NCBI GenBank assembly: GCA_051530055.1
Contig: CM121342.1
Location: forward strand, 4,525,489-4,589,488
Origin: Neoechinorhynchus agilis
Taxonomy: Eukaryota > Animalia > Acanthocephala
Length of the DNA: 64,000 nt
Reading direction: 5' to 3'
This document shows positions 36,751-51,804 of this stretch, piece by piece. The notes beneath the pieces were generated by a model. It had not been told where the DNA came from, made no database searches, and worked only from the letters and a program-made list of their open reading frames with translations. The first letter of the stretch is position 1. Every line of letters begins with the position of its first letter. A program made the translations under genes and the position numbers.

Positions 36751-37251
36751 ATCAGATTTTTCTGGATTTACCTGAATTGCGAAATTTTAGTTGTGTTGGT
36801 CGAAATGGGAAAAAATGAATTGCCATCGATCGAGGTGATAAGGCGCTATTTCTGACGGACGACAGTCGAAAATAAAGAAATCATCGCGAGCGCGGGCGGA
36901 CGACGTAAAGAATGACCACAACACCGTAAATCACAAAGAACGCTATTTTTGACCATTTGCGTTCACTTCAAACTTTGGGAAATATGACGAAATCAGCGAC
37001 GATTCTTCCAGATCCGCGTCGCATCGAGAGATGTTTCGTGATTTGAATCGACCAATCGAGAAATGCGGGCAACCGCTTATAAGATTTCGTTTATTTGGGA
37101 GGCTTTGTGTGTGTTTAAAACGATCGCTTCAAAATTGAATTTTAGAACACGAAATACCCGTTCTAAAGTTTTTTACAAATGAATGCCAAAAAACTATTTA
37201 TTGAAACTATCGACGGATACAGCCATCGAAACTAACTGAGATCTGCCGTTC

Positions 37252-37902
37252 TCATTTAAAATACCAGCCGATGTACCTGTTAAGATAACGATCAAACTTT
37301 GACTCTTCGTACGAAAACTCTTTGTGCTTGACCTGCTTATAGAGTTTGTAAAATGTCATGCTTACGTTTCCAGCCTTGGATTTGTTGTCCCGTTTCTCCA
37401 TGTGAGCGAATTGTTTGTAGTCATCATCATCGGCAACGATTTGTTCGATATCCGTGTAATTTTTATCCGCTTTTGAATCCGGGTCCACATAATACTCCAA
37501 ATCTACCCATCGATCGTCTCCCAATACATCGATGCTATAATTGAAAAATTCCTCAAATTTTGACTTTTCATATCGTTCCAACGCATATTTTTTTAAGATA
37601 TGTATTCCGTATGCATTTATTTCTACTCTTCCAGCCTTTGATTTGTCCTTAGTTTTCTGCAGAATAACAGGCTTTCCGTTCTCCTTATTAAAAGCGTCGG
37701 TGATTTGTTTAATCTCAGTATAATTTGAATCCGTTCCCATGTACGATTTCGCATAATACGTCACTAATATCCGTCTCAGATCACTTTTTCTCCTCGGTTC
37801 CTTGAATTGGTCTCCCAATGTCGATTCTTGGCCTTGGCGTTTTTGGTTTCCACTGCTGAAACCAATTGCAATGAAAGCTGTGAAGCAGAGAAGAGCGATC
37901 AT
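37252..37902 (-). CDS. Putative secreted orphan protein (216 aa) with internal two-fold repeat
   Basis: Signal-peptide-like MIALLCFTAFIAIGFSSG. Repeated D.NYT(E/D)I.QI...K.D(N)KSKAG.V motif. Single exon. Confidence 0.7.
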   Translation of the reverse strand: MIALLCFTAFIAIGFSSGNQKRQGQESTLGDQFKEPRRKSDLRRILVTYYAKSYMGTDSNYTEIKQITDAFNKENGKPVILQKTKDKSKAGRVEINAYGIHILKKYALERYEKSKFEEFFNYSIDVLGDDRWVDLEYYVDPDSKADKNYTDIEQIVADDDDYKQFAHMEKRDNKSKAGNVSMTFYKLYKQVKHKEFSYEESKFDRYLNRYIGWYFK

Positions 37903-38608
37903 TTTTAAGGTTCGATGGAGAGAGAGAGAAGTTTGACTTTGGAACGATGAATCGCCTCTTTTTATACTCAAGATGTTTTGACAACAATCGATGACAAACT
38001 CAAAAATAGAATAATAATCAACAAGAATCTTTTGGAAAACAAGTAATCACTTGCCTCGACGAATAAGCATCTACGAACAATTTTCCCGTTCAATTTAAAC
38101 TCGTTTTTGTGCTTTAACGTCGATTTTTTGTTGGTTTTCCGAATGCTTAAACTCGACATTTTCAATCTGATATTTTTTAATATGAAAATGAACGCTTCCA
38201 CGGGCTATTTTATCAGTTTTTGTTTGGGTACTTCAATCTTCTTCCACGATGTGACATTGATCGTAAAAATTTCAATACAAATTTCGTGGAAACACCTTTC
38301 AACGGTCCAGGATATAAATAGTCTCTCGTCGATAGATGATTCCAGCGGATCCTAGACCACAAACTGAAACGAACTTTCCATATACTTCAATGTTGCTACT
38401 TTAACGCACAAACTTCACATCTTCCTTTCGCCTTTGTAGATCGCTGAGCTTAAGTCTTAAGACGACCAAAGCTTGAGAATAAAGATTTTTCTTTCAACAG
38501 CCCGCTCAAGTGTCCATTTTCGAAATAAAACTTGAAACTAAAATTCATAAAAAATTCGGTGCATCAGTCGTATTTAGCGCGGTTGTTGGTTTTCATTTTA
38601 GAGACAGG

Positions 38609-39313
38609 ATGCAATCGCCTCCCACTCCGGTTGAAAACATATTCAAGTGGCATATTTGGGCTCGCCGTTATGCGATCCTCTCAGCATCCACATCGGCTTT
38701 AGCCTGCATTGTTGCCTTGGTGGTGGTAAAGCAACTAATTGTCCACACCGTCATGACTCTTTTGGTAAATATAAGGCAGTGGTTCTTGAATTGTTCGATA
38801 TTCAGGAACTTCTGACACATTTTATGGTGTCGTCGAAATATCGACTGATAATGGGGAATCGATTGATACAATCACAGGTATCGATTACAATAACATGTAC
38901 TGTGAAGCTGAAGAAGTGGAGAAACTGGCCAAAGAGAAACAGAATATTTTAAGTCTAAAGATCCACATTAGCGATTTTATCCATTCTTTTCTATAGGACG
39001 TTGTTCTATTTAAGGAGATCAGCAAAAAAAGAGAACAAAGTCACATAGGCCGTGCACTCAAATCAGTTGTGTTCAAAGGAGTATCTTATGTTCAGTATGT
39101 GCCATTTACATGTTCTCGAGTCCAATTCTTTATCTGATGGCACCAAATTGGTCAATAGCGACTCTACTCTATTTAATGGCTCACTATCACGGACTTAAAC
39201 ATGTGCCTAAGCGGCTAAGCAAACAAATTGGAGAAGACTTGGCTGAGTTGATGGAACCACCGGAGAGACCACCACCGAGGTTTATTCAAGACCAACAGAA
39301 TACTTTTGAGTGA
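38609..39313 (+). CDS. CYBA: Cytochrome b-245 light chain (p22phox)-like, spliced
   Basis: FKWHIWARRYAILSASTSALACIVALV at the N-terminus, a hydrophobic ..SIATLLYLMAHYHG block, and C-terminal PPERPPPR. Middle exons uncertain. Confidence 0.55.
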
Positions 39314-39649
39314 CGAACCAAATTTTTTAGAATTATGGAAGTCATCGATAGAGAAAATCTTTTGGGTTAGTCAAATATTATTTTGGTGAAATTACTCATC
39401 GAACGGATTTTGGTAGCACTTTTTTTTTTGAAACAGAACAAAAACCAAAAAGACGTCGCATCGCTGTGTCCAACACAATGGAAGGAAATAAAGCTAATTT
39501 TAGCTCGAAACTTCCAGCCAACGACGTGTCAACAATCACAAAAAAACGAAAAACCCGTTTTAAAGTTTTTTACGAATGAATGCCAAAAAACTATTTATTG
39601 AAACTATCGATGGATACAGCCATCGAAACTAACTGAGATCTGCCGTTCT

Positions 39650-39990
39650 CAGTTAAGACCTTATGTGTTTTCTCAGATAATCCTTAAAATTTTCGTACGA
39701 AATCTCGTCATCTATTGGGACTGCCGAATTCTGTTTAATTTTATGTTTACTTTTCCAGCCTCGGATTTGTTGTCCCGTTTCTCTAAGTGAACGTATTGTT
39801 TGTACTTATTACCGGCAACGATTTCTTTGATATAAGTGTAATTTTTATCCATTTTCGAATCCGGGTCCGCATAATCCTCCACATCTACGCATCGATCTTC
39901 TCCCAATAAATCGATGCGGTTGTTGGTTTTGATTTGGGTCAACTCCACTTTCTCCTTTTTCAACCGGGTCGGGAAGTACGTTGTCAAACG
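39650..39990 (-). pseudogene. 5'-truncated paralog of the 37252-37902 secreted protein
   Basis: IDLLGEDRCVDVEDYADPDSKMDKNYTYIKEIV..EKRDNKSEAGKV. About 100 bp of 3' flank is nearly identical between 37150-37250 and 39555-39650. Confidence 0.65.
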
Positions 39991-39999
39991 AAAACGAGG

Positions 40000-40230
40000 T
40001 TCTTCTAAGATAACTAAGACAACTCACGGCGATCTTCGACGTCTGCAAGGTTGCTCTCGAACGATAAAGTTTCCAAGTGCGAAGCAGTACGGAGAAACTG
40101 CAAGTAACGGGAAATCGCCTACGAGGAAGACCGAGTAAAGGATGGATTGCATCAAACAGGATAAATTGATTGTCGAGGAAACCCTCTCGAGAGAGGTGAG
40201 AAGTCGTATTTAGCGCGGACGCCTTGTAAA
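40000..40230 (+). mobile_element. RTE-like LINE 3'-end fragment
   Basis: GNRLRGRPSK-(frameshift)-MDCIKQD, resembling the RGRP..W.D C-terminal motif of RTE-type ORFs. Confidence 0.5.
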
Positions 40231-40449
40231 TCTACAATCGCCATTTACTCATCAAAGTGTTCATGTTGGATCATTAATATGATGAAAACGCCCGAGATAT
40301 TAAGCGTATTTAGAAACCATTAATGTTTTAAAAAAGCGAACATTTCGGAAATGCTTTTATGTCTTAATTTTTCAGGAAAAAAACTTAAAAATTAATTTTT
40401 TTGCTTCCACGCAAACTGTGTTTTTAAAGAATCCATATCACAATCGTTG

Positions 40450-41500
40450 TCATATTGAATTTAACCAAACGCACACCGTGGAAGTGAGAGAACTCGCATA
40501 TCTTGGTGGAAGCTTAAATTTACAACTCACATAGAATATGTCAATCAGGAATGTTCGTGATTTAACTGGGACGTGTTCAAAAGCATACAGAGTTCGATCC
40601 AAAGCAAGTTCTGATATTTCTGAATTCTCTTGATTAAGACGAGCACCCCGTTGCTCATAGGTGCTGTTAGCGATTAACAAATACATTTTTCCAAAATCCT
40701 TTTCAAGATTTATTCCTAAATGAGTTAAGCAGCTTCCATGTTTAATTTCGACCGTCGAAGTAATCTCGTTGGAAAAAGTACTGAAGCCCACAGGTCATGA
40801 ACACCGAGTACACCTTTTCCGCCTCTGGAAGCGCACGATCTCGTTACTTTTGTGTTCATTATCCACACAAAATATCTCGCTCGCAGTACAACGAGGCAAT
40901 GCTGCCAACGTGGTAACGACAACCGAGGAAGGAGAGAAGCTAAGATTTTGCGGACGGTGGTGATTGTATAAGAACTAACAAATAAACGTTCTTTTTGGGG
41001 AAAATGGCGTTCTATCGCTAATCGTTTCTAAATTAATGACGATGAACAAACCAGCGCTGTTCTGTGCATCTCGGCATAAATTGCCAAAGGATGATGGTAA
41101 TCTCGATAAATGGCTATCCTTTTACGGTTTGCGATACAAACCGAAATCAGTAGTGACTTGATTAACTTTGAAACATAAATTGAGGAACGGTATTGATAAT
41201 CCGATGTCTCGTCCCATCTTAATCCCACTCGTAAAATCCATTGAATTCAGCAATCTCCGAGCTTGAAATTACCGGCCAGCGACGCGTTAAAAATCAATTG
41301 GAAAATGTTAAACAAGGCCCATTGGATTGAGATACTTCGCGAAGAAACCTCGAATCATCAGTCATCTGAAAAAATCTTAGTTATTTTCCATTGGCTCGGT
41401 TGCATAGATTTTTAACACGTCTTTCAAGCTCAAAGAATGTTGAATTCCAAGGATCTTACGAGTGGTATTAAAAAGACGCGAAACAAACTATCGGAAAGTT
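40450..41500 (-). CDS. Possible exons of an uncharacterised gene, interrupted by a CRE-like fragment
   Basis: Open blocks 40450-40765 and 41028-41228. No family recognised. Confidence 0.25.
40765..40965 (+). mobile_element. CRE-like LINE 3' fragment
   Basis: QNISLAVQRGNAANV..EEGEKL..GRW followed by aataaa. Confidence 0.75.
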
Positions 41501-41754
41501 TTGTTTCTTTCCATGGTGTTGGGCGCAGCAACATGTAAATAACAAAAATCTTTTAATGTTTACTGACAATTCGGTTATATTAATTCAGTGTTTTTAGAAC
41601 ATTTCATGTTCAGCTTATTTTCCTTTTTTGACATACAGATAAAACCGATCTACTGAGCCTAAGAGTCTATGTGATTCAATCACTTTTCTGTGATAAAAAC
41701 AGATCAGGCCAAGTAAGAGATGTTCTAAAAACACTGAAAAATCTTTTACTGCCC

Positions 41755-42050
41755 CAACACACTCGCAGCATCCCACTTACGGGATGCCACCTCAAAGGCG
41801 GGAGCAGTCGCCAGCTTCAGCGAGGAAAAGAAGCGGCAGTACTCGCTCGATGGGCATCAATATATTTTCATCCCGATTGCGGTGGAAACACTGGGATGTC
41901 TCGGAAAAGAAGCCGATTATTTCCTCTCACGACTGGGAGGGATGCTAAAACATGCCACCGGCGATATGCGATCCAGCAGCTTCCTGTTGCAGCGAATCAG
42001 CGCGGCGATCCAACGCGGCCATCAAGGAAGCTGCCGAACAAACATAACAT
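41755..42050 (+). mobile_element. CRE-like LINE 3' fragment (different subfamily)
   Basis: FHPDCG/VETLGCLGKEA..FLLQRISAAIQRG. Confidence 0.7.
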
Positions 42051-42263
42051 TTAAAAGAATACTTACCAAACGCGGAATTAAAGCTTTAAAATTAAATTTA
42101 GATCAATTCCGGATAGAACTTGTTGATTTGTTTGGTAAATTGGCCCATTTTTGAAGTATCAATGCCCTGTACCGAAATCCAATGTATTTAAAACCACAAA
42201 TTATTCTCATTTTCATCGTTAGATTGATAAAGAGATAAAAATACATAACGATATCTCCTGGGA

Positions 42264-44056
42264 TCATAACATGTTCTTGGTAAATTGTTGAGATTCTTGT
42301 CCTAATATTTTCCTTAGCTCTTCACCCACCGATTGATCGATAAATCGAGGCATATTGATCGAAAACGTAATGTATAGATCGCCATAGTAAGATCCGCTGG
42401 ATCGGAACCGTGGCATGCCTTTGTTCGGAATTTTCATGATTTCTCCAGGTGATGTCGTTTTGCCTGTCTTAACGACTCTAACCTTTTGCCGGCAAAAGCA
42501 AGTGAAGAAAACGCAAGATTTTTTAGCTTCGAACCTTTTGTTTGTCCAAATGTGCGATCTCAGTCTCAAATCCAAGGAGTGCATCCAAAAGAGTTATTGT
42601 CATGTTCGTATACAAATCATCTCCTTTTCTTTCAAACGTTTTGTGTCTAAAGTATTTCTCACATGAGCAAAATATAAAATAAGATGGAGACAATTTTATT
42701 AAGACTTTTAAAGAGTCAATTAAACAAGTGAAATGCCAAAATGGGATCAACTATCTAAATTTTCGTGTTAGATCTCATTGAAAACGATTAGTTCAATGCA
42801 TCACAGAAAATAATTGCCAACTATTTTGCTAATATCAGCGATTCATCGCATTTTTCTTTCAAACGTTTTATAAACCAAGTTTTAATTTCAATTTATTTGA
42901 CCTTTTCTTCAACGCCAACTAAAAAAATTTGAGCTTAAAAATACATCGAAAAAACTACGATTCAAGTAATGAATTTAAAGTTTAAGAGAAAGATTTGACA
43001 AAAAAGGAGTGTATTAATGATTTGATAAGATCCGATCGAAATATAGCTCAACGCATACAGCAAATAGGTTTCTAAGAAGATCTCATTTTTGAGCTAAGAT
43101 TGGTCCATTTTCTAACTTATCGTTCCATTGAGACAATTGGTGTCGTCGGATTAAACACTACAGAATTTTTATCCGTCCTTACTGTGCTCAGAGAAAGTTG
43201 CAAAAAGCCCGGCAATACTCTTAAAGTCAAAATGGCGCTTTAAAAGCCTTGTTTCTCACCTGACTACGTTGACTTTTAGTTTCAAATCTCCGTTTTCTCC
43301 GTCAACGTGTGGCTCGCCTAAATAAAACTTTCAGCTTCGAAAAAAACCCGAATTGAATGTTCTATGATTACCTTCCCCATCAACATAGATAATATGATTG
43401 TCGGGAAATCCAGGGAGGATATCGATTTCGAGAACACTCTCTTTTGGCACATACTTATAATTGGGGCACTCGTCGCAAACTTGTTCCTGGATCATTTGAA
43501 AACGTCCAGGTCCCGTTTGAACTGTCCGAACTTCCATTCTACAATTACATTTCCGGGTGCCCCTCGCTGCTTCTTTACTAGGCTTAACCCTAATCATTTC
43601 GATTACATCTCCATTGTACAATTCCTCGAGTGTAACATAAAGATTCATCTCGACATCTCCACCACGTACGGGTCCACTATCTCGTTGATCATCGTTGTCT
43701 CCTCCAAAATTGAAAAAACTCCCAAAGATATTCGAGAATCCACTCGCTTTAAATGGATCACCGCCTCCGTCATTCCGAAGCCCTTCTTCACCACTCTTAT
43801 CGTAAATACGACGTTTCTTGTCGTCCTTTAGAACCTCATAAGCATTGCTCACGTCCTGAAATATCTCTTTGGCTTTCGGATTGTCTTTGTTTAAATCGGG
43901 ATGGAACTCTTTGGCTTTGAGTCGATAAGCGGATTTTATCTGATCCTTCTTTGCGTTTCGAGGGACTCCGAGAATCTTATAAAAGTCCCGCCCACTTTGA
44001 ACGATATCAACACAAGCAAATAGAAACAAAGAAAACGCAATTGAACTGATCTGCAT
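42264..44056 (-). CDS. DNAJB11: ER co-chaperone DnaJ B11 (ERdj3), spliced
   Basis: Signal peptide, [76 protein letters not shown]. Confidence 0.93.
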
Positions 44057-44256
44057 CTTAAACTAAACCAATCGAATTATACGCAAAAGTCCTTTGCGCG
44101 TTTCTTTCTTGTCCGAATACGAAATCGTAAATATCGGATTTTGCGTTACGACGGTGATCGCTACCAACTGGTTCTCAGGAGGCATAACGGTTACTCGAAT
44201 TGTTGGCTTCTCGGATTTGCCAGGGTCTTCTCCGGGAGTGTTACCGAGATCTGGTC

Positions 44257-46196
44257 GCTTATCCTCGATACGACTGCCAAGTCCATGGCCAATTTGGAAG
44301 TCGAGACGATGGTAAGGATTGATCGTTGCTGCGATCTAAATATGTCGGATTGCGGTGTTTTTTAACATTCGCTGATCTTCGATACGATTGCCGATTCCAT
44401 GGACAATTTGGAAGTCGAGACGATGGTAAGGATTGATCGTTGCTGCGATCTAAATATGTCGGATTGCGGTGTTTTTTAACATTCGCTGATCCTCGATACG
44501 ATTGCCAAGTCCATGGCCAATTTGGAAGTCGAGACGATGGTAAGGATTGATCGTTGCTGCGGTCTTAATATGTCGGATTGCGGTGTTTTTTTAACATTCG
44601 CTGATCCTCGATACGATTGCCAAGTCCATGGCCAATTTGGAAGTCGAGACGATGGTAAGGATTGACCGTTGCTGCGATCTAAATATGTCGGATTGCGGTG
44701 TTTTTTTACATTCGCTGATCCTCGATACGATTGCCAAGTCCATGGCCAATTTGGAAGTCGAGACGATGGTAAGGATTGATCGTTGCTGCGATCTAAATAT
44801 GTCGGATTGCGGTGTTTTTTAACATTCGCTGATCCTCGATACGATTGCCAAGTCCATGGCCAATTTGGAAGTCGAGACGATGGTAAGGATTGATCGTTGC
44901 TGCGATCTAAATATGTCGGATTGCGGTGTTTTTTAACATTCGCTGATCCTCGATACGATTGCCAATTCCATGGCCAATTTGGAAGTCGAGACGATGGTAA
45001 GGATTGATCGTTGCTGCGATCTAAATATGTCGGATTGCGGTGTTTTTTTACATTCGCTGATCCTCGATACGATTGCCAAGTCCATGGCCAATTTGGAAGT
45101 CGAGACGATGGTGAGGATTGATCGTTGCTGCGATCTAAATATGTCGGATTGCGGTGTTTTTTTACATTCGCTGATCCTCGATACGATTGCCAAGTCCATG
45201 GCCAATTTGGAAGTCGAGACGATGGTAAGGATTGATCGTTGCTGCGATCTAAATATGTCGGATTGCGGTGTTTTTTAACATTCGCTGATCCTCGATACGA
45301 TTGCCAAGTCCATGGCCAATTTGGAAGTCGAGACGATGGTAAGGATTGACCGTTGCTGCGATCTAAATATGTCGGATTGCGGTGTTTTTTAACATTCGCT
45401 GATCTTCGATACGATTGCCGATTCCATGGCCAATTTAGAAGTCGAGACGATGGTAAGGATTGATCGTTGCTGCGATCTAAATATGTCGGATTGCGGTGTT
45501 TTTTAACATTCGCTGATCCTCGATACGATTGCCAAGTCCATGGCCAATTTGGAAGTCGAGACGATGGTAAGGATTGATCGTTGCTGCGATCTAAATATGT
45601 CGGATTGCGGTGTTTTTTAACATTCGCTGATCCTCGATACGATTGCCAAGTCCATGGCCAATTTGGAAGTCGAGACGATGGTAAGGATTGATCGTTGCTG
45701 CGATCTAAATATGTCGGATTGCGGTGTTTTTTTACATTCGCTGATCCTCGATACGATTGCCAAGTCCATGGCCAATTTGGAAGTCGAGACGATGGTAAGG
45801 ATTGATCGTTGCTGCGATCTAAATATGTCGGATTGCGGTGTTTTTTAACATTCGCTGATCCTCGATACGATTGCCAAGTCCATGGCCAATTTGGAAGTCG
45901 AGACGATGGTAAGGATTGACCGTTGCTGCGATCTAAATATGTCGGATTGCGGTGTTTTTTTACATTCGCTGATCCTCGATACGATTGCCAAGTCCATGGC
46001 CAATTTGGAAGTCGAGACGATGGTAAGGATTGATCGTTGCTGCGATCTAAATATGTCGGATTGCGGTGTTTTTTTACATTCGCTGATCCTCGATACGATT
46101 GCCAAGTCCATGGCCAATTTGGAAGTCGAGACGATGGTAAGGATTGATCGTTGCTGCGATCTAAATATGTCGGATTGCGGTGTTTTTTTAACATTC
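44257..46196. repeat. Tandem repeat, 114-bp unit, 17 copies
   Basis: gctgatcctcgatacgattgccaagtccATGGCC..ACGATGGTAAGG.. at 44371, 44485 ... 46082. Confidence 0.97.
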
Positions 46197-46468
46197 GCTG
46201 ATTCTGGGTCGCTTAAAATGAATGACATCCGCTTCTTTTATGGACATTTCAGCTTGCAATTTTACGGAAAGGTGAATTAGACCCCTGAGTGTTTTTAGAA
46301 ATCGCTCATTGGCTTAAAGAACAAGATATAAGCAAATTTCTGCCTCTTGTTTTACAAAAATACAATGAGGACATTTTGGGTTCCGTTATTTGCAAATTTC
46401 CCAAACAAGTAATTTATTCGAATTCATTTTTAAAGAACGAGGAAATTTCAATTTTTTCCAATGAATAA
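44285..46468 (+). CDS. Putative small gene whose first coding exon lies in the 114-bp repeat unit
   Basis: ATG..ACGATG|GTAAGG donor and acceptor catttcag at 46252. Downstream frame LAILRK..EIAHWLKEQDISKFLPLVLQKY needs a 27-nt intron (46272-46298) to bypass TGA at 46286. Confidence 0.3.
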
Positions 46469-46511
46469 TTTAGCTGCGTTAAGACAAAAAAAATCAATCG
46501 AACTTTTTCAT

Positions 46512-48988
46512 TTATATCCAATCTCTTACAAAAGTCTTGTACTTTACACCATTGCAGAATCCTTTTTTAAATGTGAAATTAACTTTTGACATTTGAACTC
46601 TGTGAGCATCGTCTGTGCCTTTCATATTATTTGCTCCATCGTCAATAAGTTTTGGTTTTTTCGATGAATACTGGACAAAATCATCAAGATCAACATTCGC
46701 GAAATGCCTCGAGATTTTCTTGATAACTTTAGACTCTCCGAGTGATACATTATTGCCTGACGTTTGCATAATTGAACTAGATGAACAGTGTTTAAGAATT
46801 CGTTCATGAATTTCTCTATGAAAGGTCATTCGCACCGCATTCGATAATATATAGTCACTTTTTTCCAGGCAGAAAAGTCTATCGGCGAACGCCTTTGGTT
46901 TGAGGTGGTAAAAACCGTTTTCTTGTTCATAATCGATTCCGAAGTTCATTAAAAGATCCACAACTCGATTGAATGCCTTCTCTCTTTGGACGTTTGTGTG
47001 TTGTCTAATACCACTGACGCCTTTTAACGATGATGGCTGAATAATTATATATAAAGAAGGGAAATAATCAAATTGGAGGACGTCTACACTCATCGAATAT
47101 GTCATTTTTCGGAAATTGTTTGTAAAGTCAACGCCTAATCTACACGAATATTCAGCCCGTGGTCTTGGAAAGTTAAGATTCACACGTCGATCTGCAAATA
47201 GCGACCTTTTTCCGAGTATAATTCGAATTGCCTTCCCTATAAAGGTTCGTATAATGGGTGCTATTTCCAACCGAGAACCAACAAACGATATCCAATTCAT
47301 TATTTTACACGCCCTTTTCAATTTCTCTTCGTAGATTGAAGTTGTCATGTCCAATGCCAATATTGTTCGGCATTGAAGTATTCGTTTTAAGATTGAACTG
47401 TTCATATTTTGGTTGTTTTCTAGCGTAGAACTGATTTCATTTTAAAACTGCCGATATTTCGAAGCCGCAATCTTGTACGCCTTAGGTTGCAAATTAATCA
47501 GACAGATCTAGTCGATTAGATTAATTTGTAAACTTGATCAAAAGGCGTACAAGATTGTTCCTTCGAAATATCGGTAGTTTTAAAAATAAAATCATTTAAT
47601 TTCTACGTCAGAAAACAAGCCATTGAAGTATTCCCTGAAAGTCCCAATACCGAACACGATTTACGTAATTCTCAAATAAACCCATATTTGCCAACTGAAA
47701 ACTGTTACTTCCATCAGAGCAGTTAACGAAATTGCACCAATTCGAGCAATCACCCTTCTTTTGTCCACAAAGAACAGATTTCCAGGCATCATATAGTCCA
47801 CAGCTTTGATTATCCTTACATCCCAATCTATCGATGGTATCCCTATTGAAATAAAGTCGATCTCCGTCGGCTGTTCCTTCTTTGGATGCTAGAATTAAAC
47901 GTAGACTTTGAAGACAAGAGCGTATATCACAGTTATTTTTAGTGGCCAGATAACATAGTGGATCGTGGAACTGGGCATCAAGATCGAACTGAGACGCGAT
48001 ATTAGCAGCCAAACGGTCTGGATTTCCACGTGGGACGCTAATCACGGTACTATCTTGATGAATGTTTTCCTATTGAGACCCATTGAATGTTCATTTAAGA
48101 AAAAACACCCATCTTCTGCGTACACCGTCTAAGTTGGTCTAAACCGACTTGTCCGTGAATGGTATTCGCAATAGCAATCACCGGTGAACTTATGATCGGC
48201 CGTTTACTAGTAGCCAAATTTGCGATATATTTTAACGTATTTTCGGGTGCGCCATCAATCTCGTCCAGCATAACTAACGTCGGTCTTCTTTTCTCCGAAA
48301 GCAGAGCCTTAAACGAACCAGCTTCAATATATTGCCTGATCGTATCGATACTTCGATCGTCGCTCGCGTTTACTTCAAGAACCCAATAACCGGCATGTTT
48401 AGCCAAAGATCGAACAAGCGTAGTCTTTCCTGATCCTGGAGGGCCATGAAGAAGTGCAATCAGCGATTTTGGTTTAACTTTTTGGTGTTTGTCTTTACTA
48501 AATACAAACCCATCCCATTCCTTTATCCATTTCAACAATTCTCGGTTCACTCGTGGTTCTGAGAGAAGATCTATGAACGACGGTGCTGTGTCATTGCAAT
48601 TATCCGTGAGTACGGATGATCGTGGCCTTAACCATAGACCGCCGCCGCCGCTTCGAATACTCAAAGGTTGATCAAATACCATCCATTTCAAATCCGAACT
48701 TAGTTTTCGGGGGTCAAATAACGTCGCGTGCGGATCCTTGACTCGGACGAAGAACTGCTCGCCGTAATGTTCACGATCGTTCGCCGTAATTTGTACGAAA
48801 TCGGTATTGTAATTGAATATTGATCGACTGAACGTTTCTTCTTTTGGAACTTGACCATCAATCACACAGGATGCGTTATGCTCTTCTTCTTGGATCTCTT
48901 CTTTTTCTAATTCTGTTGCTAAGATCTCCTCGCCAAGAAGTTCGTTTTCCAATTCGAGCAAAGAATCCCAGTAGGCTTCGTTCTCCAT
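46512..48988 (-). CDS. CHTF18: Chromosome transmission fidelity protein 18 (RFC-like AAA+), spliced
   Basis: NRELLKWIKEWD, LHGPPGSGKTTL, EVNASDDRS, LDEIDGA, CDIRSCLQSL, C-terminal FTFKKGFCNGVK. Confidence 0.9.
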
Positions 48989-49114
48989 CTGAAAAACGCA
49001 TTACTATTGTTTACCAAGAAGCTGGAATTTACAAGATAAAATGTCAAATATTAAGGAGTTTTTTGAGAGAAGAGTATTTACTTTCCATTACTTTTGATCA
49101 AAAAGAAGGCGGCG

Positions 49115-51307
<2,193 letters not shown>

Positions 51308-51337
51308 CTTTAAAGGGTAAATCGTCGTAGTTGAAAA

Positions 51338-51675
51338 AAATTAAGAGAAAAATCGTTAGTAAATTAAAAGAATGGACGAAAAAGATCTCGGTGGATTTCT
51401 AAGTCGTTCAAAATTCTCTAAGGAAATAATGGACATTTAGAGAACTATGAAACCAAAATCCTTGTAGTGGCCGAAATTAAGAGAAAAATCGTTAGTAAAT
51501 TAAAAGAATGGACGAAAAAGATCTCGGTCAATTTCTAAGTCGTTCAAAATTCTCAAACGAAATAATGGACATTTAGAGAACTATGAAACCAAAATCCTTG
51601 TAGTGGCCGAAATTAAGAGAAAAATCGTTAGTAAATTAAAAAAATGGACGAAAAAGATCTCGGTGGATTTCTAAG
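51338..51675. repeat. Tandem repeat, 136-bp unit, about 2.5 copies
   Basis: aaattaagagaaaaatcg at 51338, 51474 and 51610. Confidence 0.9.
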
Positions 51676-51804
51676 TGTCGTCTTTTTTAACTCAACTTTC
51701 CCCAAATTCCTTAAGTCCGAAAACTCCGTCATGCGGACTTAAATGCTTTGGCATTCTTCTGTGGGTTTTTTCCGAATTCAAAAATTACCTCTTTAATCCG
51801 TTGT

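Noticed and set aside
44141-44365. LLGFARVFSGSV resembling an EF-2/EFL1 motif
   Set aside because: No other GTPase motifs nearby. The match is short and probably coincidental.
44476-46194. 572-aa ORF of 38-aa repeats (KKHRNPTYLDRSNDQSLPSSRLPNWPWTWQSYRGSANV)
   Set aside because: The unit length is a multiple of 3, so any stop-free frame stays open. The frame breaks where a T-run changes length, and there is no non-repeat coding context.
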